A DNA stretch of 64,000 bases from the NCBI GenBank assembly GCA_965263355.1, contig CBDHHL010000011.1, positions 32,383 to 96,382 on the forward strand, written 5' to 3'. The notes under the pieces were generated by a model. That model made no database searches, had not been told where the DNA came from, and worked only from the letters and a program-made list of their open reading frames with translations. Shown in pieces: positions 18,605 to 27,744 of the stretch. The translations under genes and the position numbers were made by a program. Position 1 is the stretch's first letter. The number at the start of each line of letters is the position of its first letter. This DNA is from Leptolyngbyaceae cyanobacterium. Its GTDB lineage: Bacteria > Cyanobacteriota > Cyanobacteriia > Phormidesmidales > Phormidesmidaceae.

Positions 18605-19369
18605 TCAATCCCCAGATTGCGTCTTTATAACTCCAAAAGCAGTCAACGACACAATAACACCGCTAATCAATTTATTAATCAACTCAGGGTCAATCCCCAG
18701 TAGAACGACTGCAATCAACGCGATTAAAACGCCCAGCACCGTCCAAAGCTTTTTCAATTTCTGCCATGACGTGTAAAGTTGAGCAATCTTATGATTTTGA
18801 TTGGCTTCTGCTAATTTCTCTTTTTGATGCTGAGCAGTTAAATATTCTACTTGTTCCTGCAACGCGATCACATCGCCCACTAGCTGCGAGTTTTCAGCAT
18901 TTTTAGACTCTAGTTGCGACTCCAAATATACGTTGCGAGCGCCCATCGTTTTAAGGGGATCAACCTCGTTTTCCCCCTCTAACTGTTCGCTTTTCAGCCA
19001 TTGAAACCGGCATTCATATTTAGCCCCTTGAAGCTGAGGAACAATCAATAATTCACGGATGCCAGGGTGTAATTTTAGAGGCGTTTCAATTCGCTTCCCA
19101 TCATAATAAACGCCTAGCCCGCTTTCAGTCCCGTTGCCATCTTTAATATAGTATTCTCCGTCTGAACTGTAAGTAATAGTGGCCTGACATCGACTAATGC
19201 GTTTCTGAATTAAGGCAGGAGCAATAGCACCAATCCGAATATACGAATCAGCTTCATATACCCCAGGAGATCGACCGATTCTAACCGGCACCTGAGCCAG
19301 GTTGATTTCATGCGTTAGTTCTCTGTCTCCACATCGCTCAATTACGCGTGGGCTTAACCATGTATCCAT
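18605..19369 (-). CDS. FHA-domain protein with coiled coil and two C-terminal TM helices
   Basis: VRIGRSP..ISRCQATI..YYIKDG FHA signature, then coil, then hydrophobic hairpin. Confidence 0.75.
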   Translation of the reverse strand: MDTWLSPRVIERCGDRELTHEINLAQVPVRIGRSPGVYEADSYIRIGAIAPALIQKRISRCQATITYSSDGEYYIKDGNGTESGLGVYYDGKRIETPLKLHPGIRELLIVPQLQGAKYECRFQWLKSEQLEGENEVDPLKTMGARNVYLESQLESKNAENSQLVGDVIALQEQVEYLTAQHQKEKLAEANQNHKIAQLYTSWQKLKKLWTVLGVLIALIAVVLLGIDPELINKLISGVIVSLTAFGVIKTQSGD

Positions 19370-19490
19370 TGGAGGTGAAAATAATGGGCCGGTCGGTAGA
19401 TGACCCTAAGAGCCGTAAAATAGGCTATGAACCGTTATACAGCCTACGTTAGCACGATTTGATTTGTGTTGATACGGCAAATTGATATCA

Positions 19491-19693
19491 CCATGCCCCC
19501 AACTGACCACCAAGGCGACTCTAAAACGACTGTGATTTTTACTCAAGCGATCGAATCGTTAATAGCTGAATATTGCACTGCAACAGGAATAACGAAAGCC
19601 GATTTTGTCAGAACAGCAGCCGTACGCTATTTGCAGGATGTCATGGGAATTGATTATGTGTGGGAGAAATTGCGCGGGCATCCCAAAAAATAA
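19491..19693 (+). CDS. Small RHH-like DNA-binding protein (start uncertain)
   Basis: KTTVIFT..IAEYC..GITKADFVRTAAVRYL. Confidence 0.5.
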
Positions 19694-19817
19694 AACCCCC
19701 GTGCTCAAGCAGACACAGGGGATCTTAATTGTAACTATTGAACCACTTCATCATTGGACATTATATCCAATTTTGATAGCTACAGTTAAAATTAGCGTGA
19801 AGCTACTGCGAGAAACT

Positions 19818-20249
19818 ATGAACATCAATTTTGACACGTTAAACCCGATTCTTGCAGGCGCGATTGCACCTGCGCTAAGTAGTGTTTTATTAATCATCAA
19901 CCCACGATTAGCACGGACACTAAAAGGATTTATCCCAGGAATTAATAAATACACTGAGATCGCTAAAACGATTCTCCCCATGATTGATGATTCCTTGACG
20001 CAGCATCTTGATTTGGTTGATAGCACTGCCGATTTGCTACGCAAGGTAGCCGCTGGTGAAGTGACTGTATTAGGCATGACAAACCGAATGCGCCAAGTCG
20101 CTGGCAAGATTGGCAAAGACCCCAAGCAATTAAAAGTTTTGCTGGATGAGATCGACGAGGAATTCAAGGCAACTGAATTCAATAAAAAGAACAAGAATGG
20201 CCCTGTGCAAACATCTGAGTTCGTTTCTGTTGACACGACTGGTCAATAA
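19818..20249 (+). CDS. Membrane-anchored protein, possible holin/lysis accessory
   Basis: N-terminal hydrophobic helix; near the lysis genes. Confidence 0.45.
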   Translation: MNINFDTLNPILAGAIAPALSSVLLIINPRLARTLKGFIPGINKYTEIAKTILPMIDDSLTQHLDLVDSTADLLRKVAAGEVTVLGMTNRMRQVAGKIGKDPKQLKVLLDEIDEEFKATEFNKKNKNGPVQTSEFVSVDTTGQ

Positions 20250-20256
20250 ATAGGAC

Positions 20257-20286
20257 AAAAAAATGGGGCCGTTCCCGTGGCCCCAT
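20257..20286 (-). terminator. Intrinsic terminator
   Basis: ATGGGGCC/GGCCCCAT hairpin with adjacent A-tract (U-tract on the minus strand). Confidence 0.6.
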
Positions 20287-20364
20287 AGTTTTCCCGTATT
20301 GAATTCGATTTCATCCAACTATATCTACACCCTAACAATTGCTAATCCTGAAAAAAGAGATCAA

Positions 20365-20589
20365 TTAAATTTTTTCTTTCAGCTTTTCAGCTAAAACACT
20401 AACTGCAGGCGCAGAAAGCTCTATTCGGCTTGTTTCAATGCCGTCTGTTGTTTCTATTAGTCTGCCTTGCTCAGTCTCAGGATCTACGTACAACGTAACT
20501 ATTTGTTCTTGCGCCTCAGAGTCTAGGGACTCTTGATAGGTATGTCGAGATATAATTTCTATTTGTATAATTTCTATCATTTTGGACAT
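20365..20589 (-). CDS. Small hypothetical protein
   Basis: Overlapping ORF in the early cassette. Confidence 0.55.
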   Translation of the reverse strand: MSKMIEIIQIEIISRHTYQESLDSEAQEQIVTLYVDPETEQGRLIETTDGIETSRIELSAPAVSVLAEKLKEKI

Positions 20590-20966
20590 TTTGGAAGGAT
20601 AGGCTCATTTACACAACTAGTATCCCAAGCTAGCTGAGAATAATAACTAGAATCCATGTCTTCTTTGTACTCCTCTAGCCGAAAGATCGTTGGTTCCCCC
20701 TTCCATGCCGTATAAACTGGATCCCTTTCTATGGCATCCAGAAAGTCTAAAATCAGACCTGGATCGAACTTAGCTTCTGTCGCTTCAACTATAAAACTTT
20801 GCTGTCTTAAAGCCTTTTCTATTCCTACAGCCATAATTCCATTACCTAATTCAGAAGCTATTTCCCTTGCTTTCCCAGACATAACAACCGTGGTTCTTAC
20901 CCCACCTGGCTTTTTATTTTTGCCAGCAATCAAATTTTTTTCGTTCGCCATCAAAAAGAATTCCAA
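20577..20966 (-). CDS. Protein with N-terminal RHH-like DNA-binding domain
   Basis: GKNKKPGGVRTTVVMSGKAREIASELGNGIMAVGIEKALR. Confidence 0.55.
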   Translation of the reverse strand: MEFFLMANEKNLIAGKNKKPGGVRTTVVMSGKAREIASELGNGIMAVGIEKALRQQSFIVEATEAKFDPGLILDFLDAIERDPVYTAWKGEPTIFRLEEYKEDMDSSYYSQLAWDTSCVNEPILPKCPK

Positions 20967-21310
20967 TCAATTTCAGACTCTGGTCTAACTAGGCCAAACA
21001 ATTCAATAATTGACTCAGCCGCTGCCTTTATTTTGTAAGCAGTCTCATCAGTCTCTTCCGAAAACCGCTCGGTGGCATTATCGAGGCACAGAAAAACATG
21101 CTCGACCGAACATGTCAAGGCATAGACAGCCTTGCCCTTCAGTGCCCAACCAACATCATCCCATTTGGCCGAATCTTTAACGCATTGTGCCGCGTTATGC
21201 GCATCGGCTGGGTCTTCAGGCAGCAGCCCACGCACTGCGAACGTGCCAACCTTGATGCCGACTAGACCGGCTTTATCCATTCTTTTTCTCTGCAACTCAA
21301 CTAAATTCAT
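20951..21310 (-). CDS. Small phage early protein
   Basis: First gene after the consensus promoter, with AAGGAAAAGG RBS. Confidence 0.65.
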   Translation of the reverse strand: MNLVELQRKRMDKAGLVGIKVGTFAVRGLLPEDPADAHNAAQCVKDSAKWDDVGWALKGKAVYALTCSVEHVFLCLDNATERFSEETDETAYKIKAAAESIIELFGLVRPESEIDWNSF

Positions 21311-21331
21311 GACCTTTTCCTTAGCTACCTT

Positions 21332-21363
21332 TCTACTATATGCATAGTAGAGGGAGGTGTCAA
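21332..21363 (-). promoter_or_regulatory. Sigma70-type promoter with overlapping palindromic operator
   Basis: TTGACA-N17-TATAGT on the minus strand; palindrome TCTACTAT-atgc-ATAGTAGA at 21332-21351 covers the -10. Confidence 0.8.
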
Positions 21364-21508
21364 CCAAAAAAAATACCCCGCAATCCATGAGTTGCGAGGC
21401 AGTAGCCGATTAAGGAGAAAAGGAGAAAACAAGCTAATAAAAACCCCGCTTTCGATACAATAGTAGCATCAGGGGCCAAATTTGGAAATTGTAGAACAGG
21501 AGAGGGCC

Positions 21509-22345
21509 ATGCCTAAAACCTTGACCGCTAAACAGGACACTTGGCTACTGAGAATAATCACCCAATCTAGCAAGCTGCCTGAAGACCAAAAGTTCAAGCT
21601 GCATGAAGGCGACGTGCTTGAACTGAATTGGGCCGAAGCTCAACAGGACGATGCAGGCACACCGATTGATGAGGGCAACTATGCTCAAGTTTCACTAAAA
21701 AGAAAAAAGCAAAAATTTCATAACTGGTTTTGTTTCCTAAAACACGTCGTCATCGGCGGCACTGATGCGCAGAAGAAGCAAAAGGCAGTCGGGAATACAA
21801 TCACAACACTTAATGGCGGGATAGAAAACCAGCCCAAACCAATTGTAAACGCCTACGACTTCAAATTTTCGTTACCTGGCAGCTCTGGCACCTTTAACAT
21901 GAGCGCCCCCATTCGCTATGGCGAGGGAAGAAACAAATGGTATGAGGCGCTACATTTTGACCCAAAAACAAAATCATGGCGCAAGCCCGCTGATGCTGGC
22001 GTTGTAAGTCGAATTGTTGCCCACGATACAACTATTGAAAAGTTCAGAGCTGTTATTGCAGATGCGTATCAAACGACGCCTGAGAAAGTCAGCATTTCAT
22101 TTAACAGCTGGTATCGCGACCCTGAAACCAACCGTCGTGTAGGCGGTGCGAGTCGTTCTCGTCATTGCTATGGTGACGGGACGGATTTTCTTGTATTTAT
22201 TAACAAAAAACAAATTCCATGCCACAAGATCAACGCGATTTTGCGGCCATGGTGCGTTAGAAATGGCGTTGCCTTGGCGTCTGCCAGTGTGTTCACGCAT
22301 GGGGACAGTAGGGGCTATTTCGCAGAATGGAACTATGGATTTTAA
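21509..22345 (+). CDS. Peptidase M15 family endolysin with cyanobacterial-type N-terminal domain
   Basis: NSWYRDPETNRRVGGASRSRHCYGDGTDF..FTHGDSRG. Confidence 0.9.
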   Translation: MPKTLTAKQDTWLLRIITQSSKLPEDQKFKLHEGDVLELNWAEAQQDDAGTPIDEGNYAQVSLKRKKQKFHNWFCFLKHVVIGGTDAQKKQKAVGNTITTLNGGIENQPKPIVNAYDFKFSLPGSSGTFNMSAPIRYGEGRNKWYEALHFDPKTKSWRKPADAGVVSRIVAHDTTIEKFRAVIADAYQTTPEKVSISFNSWYRDPETNRRVGGASRSRHCYGDGTDFLVFINKKQIPCHKINAILRPWCVRNGVALASASVFTHGDSRGYFAEWNYGF

Positions 22346-22349
22346 GAAA

Positions 22350-23087
22350 ATGAAAGTAACATTTTTACAGGATTCATTCCTGAAACACAGGCCGGTCCCC
22401 CCTGACCAACTAGGGGACTACGAGAAAGAACCAGTCAGAGCGGGCGAATGGATTAATATAATTGCAGCAAGACCCGAATTAGAGCGTGACAATTTATATA
22501 TCACGCTATCTCAAGATCCTGGTGAAAAATTTAAGACCGTCGACGGACGCAACAGTGTCTATCTAGTGCCCAGTCACACAGACTACGAAGTTGCAGATAC
22601 TACGGATCCTAATGTGCGTGCTGCAGCAGCGACATACAATCGAATTAGTGATCAAGGCTTAGAATTACTCAAAGCTTTTGAGGGCTGCAAGCTTACTGCT
22701 TACTATTGCGCTGCAAATGTCCTAACAATCGGTTACGGCAGCACTGGCAAGCATATTCAAGAAGGCATGACGATCACTCAGGATGAAGCCGACGATCTGC
22801 TGCACAAGGATTTGAAACGCTTTATGAATGGGGTCCAAGAACTGGTGACAGTACCCTTGACCCATGATCAGTTTTCGGCGTTAGTCAGCTTTGCGTTTAA
22901 CTGCGGGCTTGGCGCATTGGAGGATTCCACGCTATTAAAACGAGTTAACAACGAAGAATTCGAAGGCGTAGCCGATGCCTTCAATATGTGGGTTAAAGGC
23001 GGCAACAAAGTATTGCAAGGCTTAGTACGTCGTCGCAAGTCTGAAGCCCATCTATTTAATGAAGGAGTCTATAAATCGTTCGAATAA
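22350..23087 (+). CDS. Lysozyme (GH24) endolysin with related N-terminal domain (alternative start 22335)
   Basis: GLELLKAFEGCKLTAY..TIGYGST..QFSALVSFAFNCG..GLVRRRKSE. Confidence 0.93.
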   Translation: MKVTFLQDSFLKHRPVPPDQLGDYEKEPVRAGEWINIIAARPELERDNLYITLSQDPGEKFKTVDGRNSVYLVPSHTDYEVADTTDPNVRAAAATYNRISDQGLELLKAFEGCKLTAYYCAANVLTIGYGSTGKHIQEGMTITQDEADDLLHKDLKRFMNGVQELVTVPLTHDQFSALVSFAFNCGLGALEDSTLLKRVNNEEFEGVADAFNMWVKGGNKVLQGLVRRRKSEAHLFNEGVYKSFE

Positions 23088-23099
23088 TATTCAGTGAAA

Positions 23100-23138
23100 A
23101 TTGCCACTGGCATTAACAGTAACAACGCCAGTGGCAAT
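23100..23138 (+). terminator. Hairpin after the lysozyme gene
   Basis: ATTGCCACTGGC/GCCAGTGGCAAT inverted repeat; no strong U-tract. Confidence 0.45.
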
Positions 23139-23235
23139 GCAACGTAAAATACAAAATCCATTTTCTGTTTGCCATTAACGACGGAAACACCTTAGCTGAT
23201 CCCCATCAATAAAACCGCAATTATAGGGAAATCTG

Positions 23236-23454
23236 ATGTCTCAAAAGCAGAAAGAGCTATTCACTTCTAGCATGGCTCTGATTGGCGCGATCGCTTTGTG
23301 GTTCGTTAAATTCTCAGTGCTGCAAGCAATCGCCACTATCTGGATGTTTGCGACTATCTCAATTGCCATTATCAACGCGGGGTTCGACTTACATGAAGAA
23401 AGGATATTCAAAAAATGGGAAGGCGACTTCAAAGAAGAAGAAAAAGAAAGCTAA
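23236..23454 (+). CDS. Small 2-TM membrane protein (holin candidate)
   Basis: Two hydrophobic helices and a charged C-terminus, after the endolysins. Confidence 0.5.
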   Translation: MSQKQKELFTSSMALIGAIALWFVKFSVLQAIATIWMFATISIAIINAGFDLHEERIFKKWEGDFKEEEKES

Positions 23455-23475
23455 AAAGAAAGCTAAAAAGAAAAA

Positions 23476-23694
23476 ATGATCAAGATATTTAAAAAAATTA
23501 ACAAGATATTTAATAGGCTCTGGCAACCTATCCTGATAGTTTTTTTGCTAATGCATATCCTAAAAGCTGTCCCACTGTCTTTCCTACTGCAAGCATTTGG
23601 TCTATTAGTAGCCCTCGCGTTCACCTTAGCCGTTCTGCTATTTTTTGCAGGCGTATTAAGCATTGAAATTGCGAATTGTTTCCCGCGAAAATGA
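23476..23694 (+). CDS. Small hydrophobic membrane protein
   Basis: Basic N-terminus and long hydrophobic stretches; ATGA overlap with the lipase. Confidence 0.45.
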   Translation: MIKIFKKINKIFNRLWQPILIVFLLMHILKAVPLSFLLQAFGLLVALAFTLAVLLFFAGVLSIEIANCFPRK

Positions 23695-24482
23695 AGCAAA
23701 CTAAACTCATCTACCAAGCCCAACTGGCCAACGCTTCTTATCTGCAAAAACCAGCTGGCTTTCTTGAGCAATACAAGAAAATAACGATAGAAAATAATGT
23801 TGCTTGGTATTTCAAAAGCAAAGACAAAACAACCATTATTTTTAGGGGCACCGATACCCTATGGTCTGACTGGAAACGGTCTAATCTAATTTTCTGGCCC
23901 CATAAAGAATGTAAAGACTTCAAGGCCCATACTGGGTTTTACGATGGCGCTTTGAAGTTTATGCAGCATTGCCAGAAAGAACATTTATTAGATAGCCCGT
24001 TAGAACTGATTGGCCATAGCCTTGGAGGCGCGATCGCTTTGATGTTCGGCATAATTGCCGCTGACAATGGTTTTCCTGTAGAAAGTATCAGCACGTTTGG
24101 AGCACCCAGGGGCATGGATGAAGCCGGAGCCGATAAACACCGGGCGCTAGGCTTAGAAGGTAAAACTTGGCAGGTGCGTAATGGATCTGACCCCGTGTGC
24201 CGAATTATGCTGAGCTTCGATACAACCAAAAAAGTACTAGACCTGATCGGCTTAGATGTCAGGGTAGGCGCGTCACATCCATGGTGCCACGAAATAATTA
24301 CGAACCATCAGACGGGAAAAATTATAGAAAGCCCTGACGAATGGCAGAATGTTAGAGCCAAAGAGCCTGACACAGTAACCCGTATTGAAAAGTTTGCCTC
24401 AGCAATCAAGGGGCAGATTGCTGAGGCTTTCATAGTTGATGATCATATGATTTGGAACTATATCAAAGGCTTAGGAGGTTAA
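23691..24482 (+). CDS. Class 3 lipase (alpha/beta hydrolase)
   Basis: IIFRGT, AHTGFY, GHSLGGA, TFGAPR, NGSDPV and a C-terminal DH. Confidence 0.9.
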   Translation: MKQTKLIYQAQLANASYLQKPAGFLEQYKKITIENNVAWYFKSKDKTTIIFRGTDTLWSDWKRSNLIFWPHKECKDFKAHTGFYDGALKFMQHCQKEHLLDSPLELIGHSLGGAIALMFGIIAADNGFPVESISTFGAPRGMDEAGADKHRALGLEGKTWQVRNGSDPVCRIMLSFDTTKKVLDLIGLDVRVGASHPWCHEIITNHQTGKIIESPDEWQNVRAKEPDTVTRIEKFASAIKGQIAEAFIVDDHMIWNYIKGLGG

Positions 24483-24484
24483 TT

Positions 24485-24685
24485 TTGAAAGCAAATATTA
24501 CAATTCCAGTGGACTCAGCTGTGCTTGAAAAGGCTAGACAGCTGGGCATCCCAGTTCAGGACTTACTGAGAGACGAAATATTAACGGCAGCCGATAGAGT
24601 TCTACTGCCGTTAATTGGAGAATATGCGGCTAATTGTGATCGTACTGATTATGTTCCGAGCTGGGTTAAGCGGCGTTCACACTGA
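24485..24685 (+). CDS. Small RHH/CcdA-antitoxin-like protein
   Basis: KANITIPVDSAVLEKARQLGIPVQDLLRDEI. Confidence 0.45.
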   Translation: MKANITIPVDSAVLEKARQLGIPVQDLLRDEILTAADRVLLPLIGEYAANCDRTDYVPSWVKRRSH

Positions 24686-25252
24686 ATTTAAGAACTTAGC
24701 AATCATTTTTCTTGAATGTTCTTTCTCTTCCATGCACCATTCCCATCGAGCTTTAACCGTCTTAGCTCCAAGCAATGCATTATGATTGCCGTCAGTCTCT
24801 AAAGATTCGGGCCAATCATCCTGGGATAAGCCGAGTTCATCTTCAAGAAAATGAACTACATCTCGGCAACGCCATGGGAAATTATCAGGCTTATGCACGA
24901 GTGCGCCCCATAGTTGATAAAAGACAACCCAATCCGTAGCGCAATATTCGCCTATAAATTTAACCTCATTAACACCAGAGGTGAAATTTAGAATATCAAT
25001 AGCTATCTGTTCTCGGCTTTTCCATATCAATGGGTCAATAGGAATCATCACATTTTCTTCCCCTGGGCCTTTCTGAACCCCCATTGGTCTTAAAACATTT
25101 TCCCAAACCCAATGAGAAGCAGTCCAAAATTTACAGCCTTTATTAACCGCGTAATATTCCCGTCCATCTTCAGCGACAATGCCAATGCTGATCAAGTCAA
25201 TCGGGTGAGCAGCACCACGTTCAATAAATTCCAAGTCGATAAAATAATTCAT
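24677..25252 (-). CDS. DEDD 3'-5' exoribonuclease (Rv2179c-like)
   Basis: YFIDLEFIE..LISIGIVAEDGREYYA..DWV..HNALLGA; the last Asp appears to be replaced by Gly. Confidence 0.85.
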   Translation of the reverse strand: MNYFIDLEFIERGAAHPIDLISIGIVAEDGREYYAVNKGCKFWTASHWVWENVLRPMGVQKGPGEENVMIPIDPLIWKSREQIAIDILNFTSGVNEVKFIGEYCATDWVVFYQLWGALVHKPDNFPWRCRDVVHFLEDELGLSQDDWPESLETDGNHNALLGAKTVKARWEWCMEEKEHSRKMIAKFLNSV

Positions 25253-25485
25253 GCTACCTTCATATGTTTTCCACGGTCATCACTGGAAACAACGCCCCTC
25301 TGCCCTATCCAGTACATTAGTTGCCCGGTTGTTTCAGCTCCATTTTTATCACGGGCAAACTTAAGATGATTATGGACGACACGAACAGCAATACCAAGCT
25401 CTTTGGCAATTTTCTTATTATGCCAGCCTTTACTAATAAGCATAATGATCTCATACTGCCTAGGCGTTAATACTACTGGTTCCAC
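25249..25485 (-). CDS. LuxR-type HTH protein
   Basis: LTPRQYEIIMLISKGWHNKKIAKELGIAVRVVHNHL. Confidence 0.85.
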   Translation of the reverse strand: MEPVVLTPRQYEIIMLISKGWHNKKIAKELGIAVRVVHNHLKFARDKNGAETTGQLMYWIGQRGVVSSDDRGKHMKVA

Positions 25486-25662
25486 AAAATTCCCCTACGG
25501 CAAAACATTCATTCAAACAAACAATACGACACATGCGAGATTCGCGGTTTTTATCGTTTTTGTTCCTCAGCAAACATCCATGCCCATACAAGGCGGAACA
25601 AAGCTTTATCGCCTGCATACGCTCGCCATTTTTTATTGATTTCATTTTGACGAGCAATTATT

Positions 25663-26328
25663 TTAATTTCTTCTGGACAATTCACGCTTAGTTCGCCTCA
25701 AGTATTGTTTAGCTTTATTGATTTCCCCGTTAAATAACAGGGCAAAAACATAGTCTTTCTTGATTTCTGGTAAAACTTGATATTCCAAGATATCGGCATA
25801 TTCCAAGCCAGCAAACGGGGAAACTTCACGGATTGGGTCTTGCCTAAAAAATCTTGGCTTAGAATATATCTCTGTTTGAATTGTCCGTTGCCTATTGCTT
25901 TTGAACCATAGCTTTCTGACCAGCTCAGTCGCATGAAAATCATAACGACCTGAGCTACGCTGTATTAACTTTAACCTTATAAGTGCATCACGGACCCGCT
26001 GGTTCATAGGAGTGTGCATAGTCAAGAAACTTTCAAATTCTCTAGCCTGAATATCAGTTAATAACTCAAACGCTGCTTCGATTAATTCAACCTCAGTAAA
26101 TGGTTCAAGTTTTTTATGCTGCATCCATATTTCACGGACCCCAGGGGCAAGCTTGTTGTCTTCTATGAGCAATCCAGCCCGACGAAATGCGCTTAAAACA
26201 GCACCTGATCGAGACGGCGGCAGAACATGACCCCCACCCTGGCAAATCATATTTAAGATTTTAGTTCTAATCTTTCTGGACTGTTCGTATCTTTGAACTT
26301 CTGCTTTTATCTGTTCCAATGTCCACAT
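25663..26328 (-). CDS. Hypothetical protein (possibly winged-helix)
   Basis: 221-aa ORF in the operon. Confidence 0.55.
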   Translation of the reverse strand: MWTLEQIKAEVQRYEQSRKIRTKILNMICQGGGHVLPPSRSGAVLSAFRRAGLLIEDNKLAPGVREIWMQHKKLEPFTEVELIEAAFELLTDIQAREFESFLTMHTPMNQRVRDALIRLKLIQRSSGRYDFHATELVRKLWFKSNRQRTIQTEIYSKPRFFRQDPIREVSPFAGLEYADILEYQVLPEIKKDYVFALLFNGEINKAKQYLRRTKRELSRRN

Positions 26329-26708
26329 AATAATTCCTGTAAAATTCCAGCCGCTTTAGTTCCTTCAAATTTAGGCAAAATCAACCCAGATTTTGCGGTC
26401 ATCCAGCTATCAAAAACAATGACACCGTTTTCCCACGCGAACTCGCATTCCCTGTCGGCACCTGAGCTGATCCCTGGAAGTCTTAGAACACAATCAGATG
26501 CAGCTACCCAGGGCATACACCACTGCAACCACATTTCATAAGGTTGAGGATAAATCAACTCATGATAGTGAGAAAACAATGGCGCAAGCGGAGCATGACC
26601 CAGCTGCAACAACGCATTGAACGCGTCATGCTGCAGCCTCACATTTGCAGCTGTATCCCCTAATGTATATGGGCTAGAGATAAAAACTTTTTTGCAAATA
26701 TTCATCAA
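26307..26708 (-). CDS. Nucleoside 2-deoxyribosyltransferase-like (DUF4406/DUF1937-type) protein
   Basis: VFISSPYT..GHAPLAP..SDCVLRLPGISSGADRECEFA. Confidence 0.8.
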   Translation of the reverse strand: MMNICKKVFISSPYTLGDTAANVRLQHDAFNALLQLGHAPLAPLFSHYHELIYPQPYEMWLQWCMPWVAASDCVLRLPGISSGADRECEFAWENGVIVFDSWMTAKSGLILPKFEGTKAAGILQELLCGHWNR

Positions 26709-27739
26709 ACCGCCAGCTCCAATAAACTTTTTTGCTCATATTTGCCCAACGTAAAATCACCCCCGAATTCCCAAAACCCCTCGACAAACTGATCGTCTCG
26801 ACTATTGCCGTTAATCCCGTTATTACCCCCAGTCAAAACGCTAAGAGATGTTAACCGCCAATCACGGCCAAGTTTATCCATCCGTTCAATCGCCTCACAC
26901 AATGGGCCTGAAATATAATTAGTCATCACAACCCGTTCAATTCGAGGGTTAGCCAACAGCCTTTCTAACGTGCTAACAATCAAGTCAAACAACTCACTCC
27001 CTTGCGGATCACCATGACAGATATACGACGGTGTTAACGCCCCTGTCCCCCGTCGTCCCGGTCTAGAGCCTTTCGGTACCCAATAAGGCGCATCATGCAA
27101 AGCGATCGCCTTGCCAGTAAAAGACAGTTCAAAACTATCAATGCAAGCATGAGCGTCATTAGAAAAGTGAAGCCTCCAATTAGGGCTAAACCAGGGCATC
27201 TTATAACCCCAGCCATCATTCAGTGTTTCAAGTAACTCTGGCGACAATTGAGGCTCATCTTTCACAAACCCAGACTTTTTTTTGAGACTGGCTACCTTAT
27301 CGCGACTCTCTTTTACGTTTAATCGCCCCTTAGTATTCGCCCTAAGAAGACTCATAAAAATGAACTCGCGAATCAACAGAGATGCGGCAGCAAGTGTTAC
27401 ACAGTCGCTTATATCTTTAGTATCAACAATGACTTTAAGGTTTTCGTAAACAACTTTTGGCCCCTTCGAGAGCACTTCTTTAGACCAATTATTAATAGTC
27501 TTCTCTACTTGCTGCCTTAAACTGTCATCTTGCCAGCATTTATAAATTACCTGAACAACAGGATCTATATCAGCCAAGAAAGCCCGCTTAACAATTCCGT
27601 TGCCGAGCATCCAATGACTGAAGTGGCCAGCACAGGCAAAAGGTTCAATGCTGGCATCATAAACATAACGCCTATCCCATACAGGATACTTAACGCGATC
27701 TTTTTTGCTGCCAGGGGTGGGGAATAAACCTGTTTTCAT
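26705..27739 (-). CDS. Divergent Dam-like (alpha class) DNA adenine methyltransferase
   Basis: FPTPGSKK, IEPFACAG, FLADID, and HDAPY as a DPPY variant. Confidence 0.7.
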   Translation of the reverse strand: MKTGLFPTPGSKKDRVKYPVWDRRYVYDASIEPFACAGHFSHWMLGNGIVKRAFLADIDPVVQVIYKCWQDDSLRQQVEKTINNWSKEVLSKGPKVVYENLKVIVDTKDISDCVTLAAASLLIREFIFMSLLRANTKGRLNVKESRDKVASLKKKSGFVKDEPQLSPELLETLNDGWGYKMPWFSPNWRLHFSNDAHACIDSFELSFTGKAIALHDAPYWVPKGSRPGRRGTGALTPSYICHGDPQGSELFDLIVSTLERLLANPRIERVVMTNYISGPLCEAIERMDKLGRDWRLTSLSVLTGGNNGINGNSRDDQFVEGFWEFGGDFTLGKYEQKSLLELAV

Positions 27740-27744
27740 TAGCC

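Noticed and set aside
22146..22334. Long N-terminal extension of the lysozyme ORF
   Set aside because: It overlaps the peptidase catalytic region; the ATG at 22335 or 22350 is more plausible
23400..23479. Lys-rich ORF 23282-23479 and 12-nt tandem AAAAAGAAAGCT
   Set aside because: Low-complexity A-rich junction overlapping a better membrane-protein ORF
24485..25252. Toxin-antitoxin pair (CcdA-like plus RNase)
   Set aside because: The genes are convergent rather than co-transcribed, and the DEDD nuclease is a common phage gene, not a known toxin
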